Shown here: positions 40,406 to 48,216 of the stretch, one piece after another
Layout of the letters: the number at the start of each line of letters is the position of its first letter
Position numbering within the stretch: the stretch's first letter is position 1
Assembly (NCBI GenBank): GCA_035602195.1
Contig: DATNMU010000216.1
Coordinates: 4,853-68,852, forward strand
Source: Candidatus Acidiferrum sp.
GTDB taxonomy: Bacteria; Acidobacteriota; Terriglobia; Terriglobales; Acidobacteriaceae
Reading direction: 5' to 3'
Length of the DNA: 64,000 bases
Notes under the pieces: model-generated
Seen by the model: the letters and a program-made list of their open reading frames with translations, nothing else
Databases searched by the model: none
What the model was told of the DNA's origin: nothing
Translations under genes and position numbers: made by a program

Positions 40406-40705
40406 CTACCTAGTTCGAATCACACCCAGAGAGAAGCGCAGAGCAACACACACTTCATTCATTCGTGCCGAACTAAGCTGGGCCACACGTTTCCCCAGGC
40501 GCTGTCGCGACACCGTAACGGCATTGTGCAGGTTCACCGCGCACGGGGACTTCATGCCATCCTCGATGAACAAATGGAACGCTTCCAAAAAAGCCAAAGC
40601 CCCGAGCATCGCTCGAGGCTTCGAGATACTAGACGACGTTCGCCAAACACTTATCATGATAAACGGGGCACTTGAATTGTCAAGAAACTTTGGTATCGAG
40701 TGACC
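40406..40705 (-). pseudogene. MazF/PemK-like toxin remnant. The N-terminus is fused to or overlaps the tRNA-like gene, and no antitoxin partner is present.
   Basis: The C-terminal half GMKSPCAVNLHNAVTVSRQRLGKRVAQLSSARMNEVCVALRFSLG matches the MazF pattern GL..D..A....IR.I...RL...IG.LS...L..L..AL...L. The N-terminal half is poorly conserved, and the first 16 codons of the tracked ORF are tRNA sequence. Confidence 0.4.
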
Positions 40706-40706
40706 G

Positions 40707-40792
40707 AGGAGGGCAAGGGAGTCGAACCCTAGTGGCTGCAAACCACTCGACATTTGGCGAACGTCGTCCAGTACCCACTGGCAGTACCCTCC
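40707..40792 (-). tRNA. Non-canonical tRNA-like gene with SelC/allo-tRNA-type architecture. The anticodon is uncertain (GCC if the loop is 7 nt) and is not UCA.
   Basis: Reverse complement: GGAGGGTA-CTG-CCAGT-GGGT-ACTGG-A-CGACGT-TCGCCAA-ATGTCG-AGTGG-TTTGCAG-CCACT-AGGG-TTCGACT-CCCT-TGCCCTCC-T. Elements: 8-bp acceptor (9 with the flanking A:T), 5-bp D stem with 4-nt loop, 6-bp anticodon stem, 5-bp variable-arm stem, 4-bp T stem, canonical TTCGACT T-loop. CCA is not encoded. Confidence 0.65.
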
Positions 40793-41116
40793 TAAACGAA
40801 TCGTCCACCGTGTAACATCGTATGGGCACTTACTTGCGAAACGAACTGTGTGGTCATAAATATTTGGGGAACTGTACCAATTCGGGAGAACAAAAAGGGC
40901 GTGGCCTACTCAAGCCCGCTTTTGGCTTGAACGGTGCGGTTCGTGTGATCCACATCTCATCGCTCGGCAGAAGAGGGTCGATGGCTAGAGAAGCTTTTAT
41001 TTCTTTTGCTTTTCTCTGCGCCTCTGTGTCTCTGTGGTGAAAGGGCGGGCATTCTCAAAGGTAGTTCGCCAGAGATTTTGAATTAAAACTCCCGACCCAA
41101 TCCGCGCCACCCCCCA

Positions 41117-41125
41117 TGCTATAAT
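41117..41125 (+). promoter_or_regulatory. Candidate extended -10 promoter element (TGcTATAAT) upstream of infC
   Basis: catgctataat lies about 38 nt upstream of the proposed infC start. I saw no good -35 box. Confidence 0.3.
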
Positions 41126-41162
41126 TTCCTTATTCACAGTCGCTTAGAGCGCGGAGGACCGT

Positions 41163-41834
41163 ATCGATAAACGCTTTATCAGAACCAATGACCGCATCCG
41201 GGCACGCGAAATTCGCGTGATCGGCGACGAGGGCGAACAGATCGGCGTGATGCCCCCGTTTGAAGCGCTGAAATTGGCCCGCAGCAAGAACCTGGACCTG
41301 GTTGAGATTTCTCCCACCGCGCAGCCTCCCGTGTGCCGCATCATGGACTACGGGAAATATCTCTACCAGCAGGAAAAGAAAGAGCGCGAAGCCAAGAAGC
41401 ACCAGAAAACGATTACCGTAAAAGAGGTCAAGTTCCGCATCAATGTGGACGACCACGATTACGAGACCAAAAAAAATCACGTGCTGCGTTTTCTGGATGG
41501 CGGAGACAAAGTCAAAGCAACGATTTTTTTCCGTGGCCGCGAAATGACCCGTACCGGGTTGGGCCGCCAAATTTTAGAGCGCCTGATTAAAGACGTGGAA
41601 CCGCACAGCATCGTGGAGTTCCGTCCGCGGCAGGAAGGCAACACGCTGCACGCGATCCTGGCGCCGAAAAAGACGGCGGCGGAACGCGAGAAGGAACGAG
41701 AAAAAGAAGCCAAGGCAAAAGCGAAACTGGAAAAGAAGCTGGCCCAGGAAAAAGATAAAGCAGCGGAACCGAAGCAGCCGGCTGCAGCGGCGGCGGAGGA
41801 GATTGAAGCTCCGACCACAGTTTCGCACGGTTAA
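41163..41834 (+). CDS. infC: Translation initiation factor IF-3, proposed non-AUG (AUC) start
   Basis: The tracked ORF starts at GTG 41217 (IGDEGEQIGV...). The frame is open back to TAG 41145-41147 and encodes IDKRFIRTNDRIRAREIRV, the conserved IF-3 N-terminal motif. GGAGG (41153-41157) sits 5 nt before ATC 41163. Confidence 0.85.
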   Translation: MDKRFIRTNDRIRAREIRVIGDEGEQIGVMPPFEALKLARSKNLDLVEISPTAQPPVCRIMDYGKYLYQQEKKEREAKKHQKTITVKEVKFRINVDDHDYETKKNHVLRFLDGGDKVKATIFFRGREMTRTGLGRQILERLIKDVEPHSIVEFRPRQEGNTLHAILAPKKTAAEREKEREKEAKAKAKLEKKLAQEKDKAAEPKQPAAAAAEEIEAPTTVSHG

Positions 41835-41986
41835 AGCTTCGCCCGATTTATCTGCATTGAAGACGCCGCAACTCACGTCGACGATTCCAGAGCAATTTAG
41901 AAGTTGAAATAGAAATAAGAAATAAGAGATAGGAAATGAATGTTCAGCGCTGAAAGCTGCCAGCTGACAGCCGACCTTGAGGAACT

Positions 41987-42184
41987 ATGCCGAAATTGAA
42001 AACGCACAAAGGCGCGTCGAAGCGCTTCAAGAAAACCGCGACAGGAAAGGTGAAGCGCGGACATTCGCACCTGCGCCACATCCTTACATCGAAAAACAAA
42101 AAACGGAAAAAGAAGCTGGGCAAAAGCACGCTCGTAAGCCCCGGCGATCTCCGCAAAGTAAAGCGGATGATTCCGTACCAGTAA
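41987..42184 (+). CDS. rpmI: 50S ribosomal protein L35
   Basis: [44 protein letters not shown]... Confidence 0.93.
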   Translation: MPKLKTHKGASKRFKKTATGKVKRGHSHLRHILTSKNKKRKKKLGKSTLVSPGDLRKVKRMIPYQ

Positions 42185-42389
42185 AGTTTTCCTTAGTGAA
42201 CCTTAGTGTCCTTTGTGGTTAAAGGTTTTAGTTTTCCTCGAAGACGCAAACTCAAACTAAGGAACCGCGGACGCAAGTCCGCAGCGGGAAACATTTAATC
42301 CCGCAAGCGCGTGAAGAGGTCAGAGACGCCGCAAGCGATCATCCTTACCTCCAGCCGCTCAGTAACTAGAAAATAAAAAGGAGAACACC

Positions 42390-42746
42390 ATGCCTCGTGT
42401 AAAACGCGGAACCAAACGCCGCGCCAAACGCAAAAAAATATTAGACCGCGCCAGTGGATACTTCCTCACCAAATCAAAACTCTACCGCTCCGCCAAAGAG
42501 GCCGTAGACCGCGCCCTGAAGTTCGCTTACTCCGGGAGGAAGCAGCGGAAGCGGCAATATCGCTCGTTGTGGATTGTGCGCATCGGAGCGGCTGCGAAGC
42601 TAAATGGATTGAGCTACAACCAGTTCATCCACGGTTTGAAAGTGGCTGGAGTGGAGTTGGACCGCAAAATTCTCGCGGACCTGGCGGTGAAGGATGCGGC
42701 GGCGTTTAAGACGCTGGTCGAGCAGGCTAAGGGCGCGCTGGCGTAG
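42390..42746 (+). CDS. rplT: 50S ribosomal protein L20
   Basis: [43 protein letters not shown]... SD aaaggag upstream. Confidence 0.95.
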   Translation: MPRVKRGTKRRAKRKKILDRASGYFLTKSKLYRSAKEAVDRALKFAYSGRKQRKRQYRSLWIVRIGAAAKLNGLSYNQFIHGLKVAGVELDRKILADLAVKDAAAFKTLVEQAKGALA

Positions 42747-42851
42747 AAGAAGCTTTCAGCTTTTAGCATTTAGCTTTTCAGATTGGGGCGGCGGGCGTCT
42801 TTGGGGCGCGGCTGCCCTGCTCTATTTGTCTATCTTCTTTTTTTCTCGATC

Positions 42852-44060
42852 ATGTATAGCGTTCCCAGGTTGACGGATTACTCGGCGGCGGCGCTGGAAC
42901 GCGCCTCCGCTGAACTTTTTTCTGCGCTCGGCGAGGAAGCGTCGGCGGTGAAGAGCGAAGCGGATTGGAAGATTTTTCGCGACCGATGGATGGCGCGGAA
43001 GAACGGCGTGCTGACGCAGATTAATGATCTCTGGCTCAAGGGCGCCCCTAAAGAGGCGAAGCGTGAGGTCGGGATTCGCGTCAATGAGTTGAAGGCGCAC
43101 ATTACGGACCTTGTCGAACGGGACAAAGAAGAAATAGCTTCCCGACAATTTGCGGGCACACATTCAGGCGATTACGATTACAGCCCAGTTGCGCGGCAGA
43201 TGCAGAACTATAGCGGCTATCCGACTGGAATCACTTTCGAAAATCCCATAGTTCCTCCCCAGATTGATATCACGCTGCCCGGGATTCGGCGTCCTATCGG
43301 CGCGGAACATCCGGTTATCAAGACGACGAACGAGATGGTGCGGGTGTTTCAGAAGCTGGGGTACTCGGTGGCGGAGGGGCCAGTCGTTGAAACTGATTAT
43401 TACAACTTCGAGTCGCTGAATTTTCCGGTGAACCATCCGGCGCGGGATACGCAGGATACTTTGTTCATCGCGGGGCAGCAGGGGAAGGCGCAGCGGGAGC
43501 GGTTGTTGCTGCGCACGCATACTTCGCCGGTGCAGATTCGGACGATGGAGAAGATGCGGCCGCCGCTGCGCATTGTGATTCCGGGGACGGTGCATCGGAA
43601 TGATCCTCCGGACGCGAGCCACTCGCCCATGTTTCATCAGATTGAAGGTCTGGCGGTCGATACCAATATTACGTTTGGAGATTTGAAGGGCACGCTCGAT
43701 CATGCGATGAAGGAATTTTTTGGGTCGAGCGTGAAGACGAGTTTTCGTCCGTCATTTTTTCCGTTCACCGAGCCGAGCGCGGAGATGTTTGTGTCGTGCT
43801 TTATTTGCGGCGGGAGTGGCAGACGAGGGAGTGACCCGTGCCGTCCGTGCAAGCAGACGGGATGGATTGAAATTCTTGGGTGCGGGATGGTCGATCCGAA
43901 TGTGTTTGAGTTTGTGAAGGACAATGGGTATGACCCGAGGAAGGTTTCGGGATTTGCCTTTGGCATGGGTGCGGACCGGATCGCGTTGCTGAAGTATGGA
44001 GTGGACGATATTCAGTTGTTCTTCCAGGGGGACGTGAGGTTTTTGCGGCAGTGGGTGTAG
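42852..44060 (+). CDS. pheS: Phenylalanine--tRNA ligase alpha subunit
   Basis: From the ATG at 42852. [74 protein letters not shown]. Confidence 0.92.
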   Translation: MYSVPRLTDYSAAALERASAELFSALGEEASAVKSEADWKIFRDRWMARKNGVLTQINDLWLKGAPKEAKREVGIRVNELKAHITDLVERDKEEIASRQFAGTHSGDYDYSPVARQMQNYSGYPTGITFENPIVPPQIDITLPGIRRPIGAEHPVIKTTNEMVRVFQKLGYSVAEGPVVETDYYNFESLNFPVNHPARDTQDTLFIAGQQGKAQRERLLLRTHTSPVQIRTMEKMRPPLRIVIPGTVHRNDPPDASHSPMFHQIEGLAVDTNITFGDLKGTLDHAMKEFFGSSVKTSFRPSFFPFTEPSAEMFVSCFICGGSGRRGSDPCRPCKQTGWIEILGCGMVDPNVFEFVKDNGYDPRKVSGFAFGMGADRIALLKYGVDDIQLFFQGDVRFLRQWV

Positions 44061-44090
44061 GGAGCTCTTAGCCATTAGCTCTTAGCCATT

Positions 44091-44128
44091 AGCTCTTGGC
44101 TCTTAGCTAAGGCTAAGAGCCAAGAGCT
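44091..44128. repeat. Perfect 17-bp stem / 4-nt loop hairpin (family D, AGCT-rich), ending 13 nt before the pheT ATG
   Basis: agctcttggctcttagc-taag-gctaagagccaagagct. It is part of the AGCT-rich block 44061-44135. Other family D sites are 28106-28147, 42749-42781, 58060-58094, 58505-58539, 63530-63560 and 63648-63676. Confidence 0.9.
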
Positions 44129-44140
44129 AAAAGCTGATTC

Positions 44141-46618
44141 ATGAAAATTTCTCCACAGTGGGTGCGGGAGTTTGTTGATCTATCCGTCGACGACCAGCGG
44201 CTGGCGGAGGATTTGACGGCGGCGGGAATTGCGGTCGAAGGAATTTCCGGCTCCGGCGCGGACACTGTGTTCGAGATGGAGATTGGGACGAACCGTCCGG
44301 ACGCGATGAATCATTATGGAATCGCGCGGGAGGCGGCGGCGATTTATGACTTGCGGCTGAAAGAGCTGTCAGCTGTCAGCTCTCAGCTTTCAGCGAACCC
44401 ATCGAAGGCGAGTGTTAAGGCGTCTGACATGGCGCTGAAGCGGCGCTCTTCCACGGGGCGGGGTGGCGCTAAGAAGAAAGCCTCAGCGGCTAAAGCCGCT
44501 TCTTCTGCTGCTTCTCACGGCGCGGCTGGAAGCCGCGCCCTTTCAAGGCAAACATCAGGGGCTGAAGCCCTTTCCTCTTCTGCCTCTTACGGGACGACTC
44601 GAGTCGTGCCCTTCCCCATCACTGTCGAGGAGCCGGAGTTGTGTCCGCGGTTTTCGGCGCGGGTGATTCGCGGGACCAGGATTAAGGCTTCGCCTGAGAA
44701 GATTGCACATCGGTTGCGGTTGCTGGACCAGCGGCCTATTTCGAATGCGGTTGACGCGACCAATTATGTTTTGTGGGAAATGGGCAAGCCGACGCATGTA
44801 TTCGACATGGGTTTGCTGGAGGGTGGGCGGCTCATTATCCGGCGCGCGAAGGATGGGGAGAAGCTGAAGACGCTGGATGGAGTGGAGCGCACGCTGTCTT
44901 CGGAAGATCTGGTCGTGGCTGATGCGAAAAAACCTGTTGGGCTTGCGGGTGTAATGGGCGGGTTCGACACCATGATTACCGACAGGACAAAAAATATTTT
45001 GATTGAGTCCGCGTGGTGGGATCCGGTGACGGTGCGCAAAACTTCGCGGCGGCACGGGATTCATACCGACGCTTCGCATCGGTTTGAGCGGGGAGCGGAC
45101 TTTGAGTCGACGGTTTTGTCGTGCGATCTGGTGGCGAAGCTGATTTTGGAATCGGGCGGCGGAGAGTTGGTGGGCGGCGCGATTGATGTGGTGTCACGGC
45201 AGATGGATCAGGCACCGATTGTTTTGCGGCTTTCGGAGGTACATCGGATACTCGGTGGGAATCTGAGTGCGGGAGAAATCTTCCGCATTCTGAAAAAGCT
45301 TGGGTTTGGTGTGATTCCAGAAGGGCAGGCGGACGCGAAATTTCGCGTGCAGATTCCTAGCTGGCGGCTGGACGTGGAGCGCGAGATCGATTTGCTTGAA
45401 GAGATCGCGCGGGTGCACGGGTACGACAAGTTTGAAAATACTTTGCCGGCGTATAGCGGCGCGGTTGTGGATTTGCCGAATGCGGCGATGGATGTGGCTT
45501 TTCGCGAGCGGGCGTTGGCTCTGGGTTACAACGAGGCGGTGTCGCTGACGTTTATTTCGCATGCGGCGGCGGAGACGTTTGGATTCCTGACGGAGGCCTC
45601 AGCGGCTATTGCCGTAGATCATTTGTCGGCGAGTACGGCTCGGCTGGGAGCCGCGCCCTTTCAAAGCGCGAGCGGGCGAGTGTTAGATGCGGCGACCCTT
45701 CCAATCCGGAACGAACCTGGGCTGGACGCCGCATCCCTTGCGAGCGGCACTGGGCGGGTACTCGAGTTGGAGAATCCGTTGAGCGAAGAAGCGAGTGTGA
45801 TGCGGACTTCGCTGGCGCCGGGGATGCTCGACATGCTGGCGTGGAACTTGAACCGCGATGCGGAAGAAGTGCGGCTGTTTGAGATGGGGCGCGTGTATGA
45901 GATGCGCAGCGGAGAGCGGGTTGAGCCGCAGCGTGCGTGCCTGGGAGCAACGATGGCGTCGGTCGTAGGATCGCTGCCGGCGGCTGGCAGGCTGGACATC
46001 AGCGGGCCGTTGAATTCCCCATTCAAGCCAAAAGAAGGCTTGAATGGGGCACCCCTTCAAGTGGAAGCTTTTCGCGGGTTCAAAGGCGACGTGGAGAATT
46101 TGCTGGCGGCATTTTCATATCGCGAGTTGAGCTTCGATCGGAAGACCGCGGGGCATTTTCATCGGTGGCGCTCGGCGCGCGCTTTGATGGATGGGGCGGT
46201 GGTGGCGCAGTTTGGGCAGATTGCGGAAGAGGTGAAGGCGGAGCGGAAGTTACGGCAGGATATTTTTCTGGCGGAGTTCGATTTGGACGAACTGCACGCG
46301 CGCGGGCTGCGGGCAGTTCGATTTGCGGCCTTGGGAAAATATCCGGCGGTGGAGCGGGATTTTTCGTTTGTATTTTCGGATGAGGTGGAGTTTGAGGCGA
46401 TGCGGCGGGCGGTGATGGCGCTGGGGATTCGCGAGTTGCGTGAATTCAGGCCGGTGGAGATTTTTCGGGGTGGGTCGATTGGCGCGAGCAAGTATTCAAT
46501 TTTGCTGCGGGCGAAGTTGCAATCGGATGAGGGGACGTTGCGGGATGAGCAGATTGCGCAGTGGGCGGAGAAGATGGTTGGGGCGCTGAAGGGTATTGGT
46601 GGGGTGCAGCGGGCTTAG
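44141..46618 (+). CDS. pheT: Phenylalanine--tRNA ligase beta subunit (no B2 tRNA-binding domain; three repeat-derived insertions)
   Basis: 825 aa. MKISPQWVREFV, IGTNRPDAMNHYGIAREAAAIY, LCPRFSARVIRG, NAVDATNYVLWEMGKPTHVFD, GLAGVMGG, and the FDX-ACB-like C-terminus (KYPAVERDFSFVF). Confidence 0.92.
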   Translation: MKISPQWVREFVDLSVDDQRLAEDLTAAGIAVEGISGSGADTVFEMEIGTNRPDAMNHYGIAREAAAIYDLRLKELSAVSSQLSANPSKASVKASDMALKRRSSTGRGGAKKKASAAKAASSAASHGAAGSRALSRQTSGAEALSSSASYGTTRVVPFPITVEEPELCPRFSARVIRGTRIKASPEKIAHRLRLLDQRPISNAVDATNYVLWEMGKPTHVFDMGLLEGGRLIIRRAKDGEKLKTLDGVERTLSSEDLVVADAKKPVGLAGVMGGFDTMITDRTKNILIESAWWDPVTVRKTSRRHGIHTDASHRFERGADFESTVLSCDLVAKLILESGGGELVGGAIDVVSRQMDQAPIVLRLSEVHRILGGNLSAGEIFRILKKLGFGVIPEGQADAKFRVQIPSWRLDVEREIDLLEEIARVHGYDKFENTLPAYSGAVVDLPNAAMDVAFRERALALGYNEAVSLTFISHAAAETFGFLTEASAAIAVDHLSASTARLGAAPFQSASGRVLDAATLPIRNEPGLDAASLASGTGRVLELENPLSEEASVMRTSLAPGMLDMLAWNLNRDAEEVRLFEMGRVYEMRSGERVEPQRACLGATMASVVGSLPAAGRLDISGPLNSPFKPKEGLNGAPLQVEAFRGFKGDVENLLAAFSYRELSFDRKTAGHFHRWRSARALMDGAVVAQFGQIAEEVKAERKLRQDIFLAEFDLDELHARGLRAVRFAALGKYPAVERDFSFVFSDEVEFEAMRRAVMALGIRELREFRPVEIFRGGSIGASKYSILLRAKLQSDEGTLRDEQIAQWAEKMVGALKGIGGVQRA

Positions 46619-46937
46619 GGCGTGGGGGGCGCGTACCTCGGGGGCTAAAGCCACGACTCCAAGGTGAATCCTTAATCGCAGCGCTGGAAGCGCTGCGCCA
46701 CCCAAAATCTACATTGGGGCGCGGAAGTGTAACGGGCGCGGTGCAGTCGGATGGCGCCGTCGAATGAGCAGAAGCAGAAATTCCTTTCGAGGCTGGCGGT
46801 CTCGTACACAGGTAAGGGATCCCCTTCGGCTTCGCTCAGGGCAGGCTTTCGACTGCGGAATTGCTTTGCTAGCGCAAAGCAAATTCCTCGCTCAGGATGA
46901 CAAATCCTAATTGAATTGTTGTGCTAATCTGCCAGCT

Positions 46938-48152
46938 ATGGCGGATGTTATTTCTTCTCTCTCTACCCACCAAAAACAATTTTTTAGCGACAAGGTTTCG
47001 CGGTTTACCGAGTCGGTGATTCGGGAGATGACGCGGCAGGCGGCGCTGCATGGGGCGGTGAATCTGGCGCAGGGGTTTCCGGATTTTGCGGCACCGGCGG
47101 AAATCAAGGCAGCGGCGCGGGCGGCGATTGATGGCGACGTGAATCAGTATGCGATCACCTGGGGCGCGAAGAATTTGCGCAATGCGATTGCGCGCCAGAT
47201 GGGCGTGTGGCAAGGGATTGCGGTCGATCCGGAAAAAGAAGTTACGGTTTGTTGCGGGTCGACTGAGGCGATGATTTCTACTTTGCTCGCGGTGTGCAAC
47301 GCAGGCGATGAGGTGGTGATCTTCGAGCCGTTTTATGAGAATTACGGGCCGGACGCAGTGTTGAGCGGGGCGCGGCCGCGGTTTGTGAAGTTACGGCCGC
47401 CAGCGAATGCGGGCAGCGAGTGGACGTTTGATGAGAAAGAATTGCGGGCGGCGTTTGATAAGAATACGAAGGCCGTCATACTTAATACACCCAATAACCC
47501 TACTGGGAAAGTTTTCACGCGAGCCGAGTTGGAATTAATTCGCGATCTTTGCGTTGAGTGCGACGTGCTCGCGATCACCGACGAAATTTACGAGCATATT
47601 TTGTATGACGGGACCGAGCATATTTCGATGGCGTCGCTGGAGGGAATGCGGGAGCGGACGGTGACGATCAATGGAATGTCGAAGACGTACAGCGTGACGG
47701 GATGGCGCGTGGGATGGGCGGTTGCACCGGAGGAGATTACGAATGCGATCCGAAAAGTGCATGATTTTTTGACGGTGGGCGCGCCGGCGCCGCTGCAGGA
47801 GGCGGGCGTGGTGGCGTTGAGTTTGCCGGCGGAATATTACGCGAAGCTGGCGGAGGGTTATCGGGTACGGCGCGATCATTTGATTCCGGCGCTGGAGGCG
47901 GCGGGGTTCAAGTGTTTTCGTCCGCGAGGAGCGTATTACGTAATGACGGATATTTCAGGGTTTGGATTTGAGGATGATGTTGCGTTTACGAAATATCTGG
48001 TGAAAGAGATTGGAGTGGCGGCGGTGCCGGGGTCGAGTTTTTATCGGGATGCGCGGGATGGAGCGCGGCAGGTGCGGTTTGCGTTCTGCAAGAAGGTGGA
48101 GACGCTGGATAGGGCGGCGGAGAGGTTGGGGAAGTTGCGTGGGCGAAAGTAG
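46938..48152 (+). CDS. Pyridoxal-phosphate-dependent aminotransferase, class I/II
   Basis: MADVISSL...AVNLAQGFPDF...YENYGP...LNTPNNPTGKVF...NGMSKTYSVTGWRVGW (PLP lysine context SKT). Confidence 0.88.
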   Translation: MADVISSLSTHQKQFFSDKVSRFTESVIREMTRQAALHGAVNLAQGFPDFAAPAEIKAAARAAIDGDVNQYAITWGAKNLRNAIARQMGVWQGIAVDPEKEVTVCCGSTEAMISTLLAVCNAGDEVVIFEPFYENYGPDAVLSGARPRFVKLRPPANAGSEWTFDEKELRAAFDKNTKAVILNTPNNPTGKVFTRAELELIRDLCVECDVLAITDEIYEHILYDGTEHISMASLEGMRERTVTINGMSKTYSVTGWRVGWAVAPEEITNAIRKVHDFLTVGAPAPLQEAGVVALSLPAEYYAKLAEGYRVRRDHLIPALEAAGFKCFRPRGAYYVMTDISGFGFEDDVAFTKYLVKEIGVAAVPGSSFYRDARDGARQVRFAFCKKVETLDRAAERLGKLRGRK

Positions 48153-48171
48153 ATTCCTCGCTACGCTCGGA

Positions 48172-48192
48172 GGACAGCCGGGGCGGCTGTCC
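48172..48192. terminator. GC-rich hairpin (family B core GGACAGCCG-GGG-CGGCTGTCC) between convergent genes; possible bidirectional terminator
   Basis: 9-bp perfect stem with a 3-nt loop, between the aminotransferase stop (48152) and the sodC stop (48217). There is no clear U-tract, so function is inferred from position only. Confidence 0.35.
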
Positions 48193-48216
48193 CCACATGA
48201 TTTGTGCCGGTAGAAA

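Noticed and set aside
40362-40703. 113-aa plus-strand ORF downstream of the 488-aa gene
   Set aside because: Its first half is Arg-rich with no motifs. The opposite strand gives a recognisable MazF/PemK-like C-terminal half, so the plus-strand ORF is more likely the shadow frame.
40707-40792. Calling the tRNA-like gene selC (tRNA-Sec)
   Set aside because: The architecture is SelC-like, but the anticodon loop contains no UCA and the T stem is 4 bp (8/4 rather than 8/5). No selA/selB/selD or obvious selenoprotein genes are in the window. I kept it as an allo-tRNA-like candidate instead.
40822-41040. 72-aa ORF between the tRNA-like gene and infC
   Set aside because: It is short with no SD. Its C-terminus (FLCASVSLW) is the translation of a family E repeat, so it is probably non-coding.
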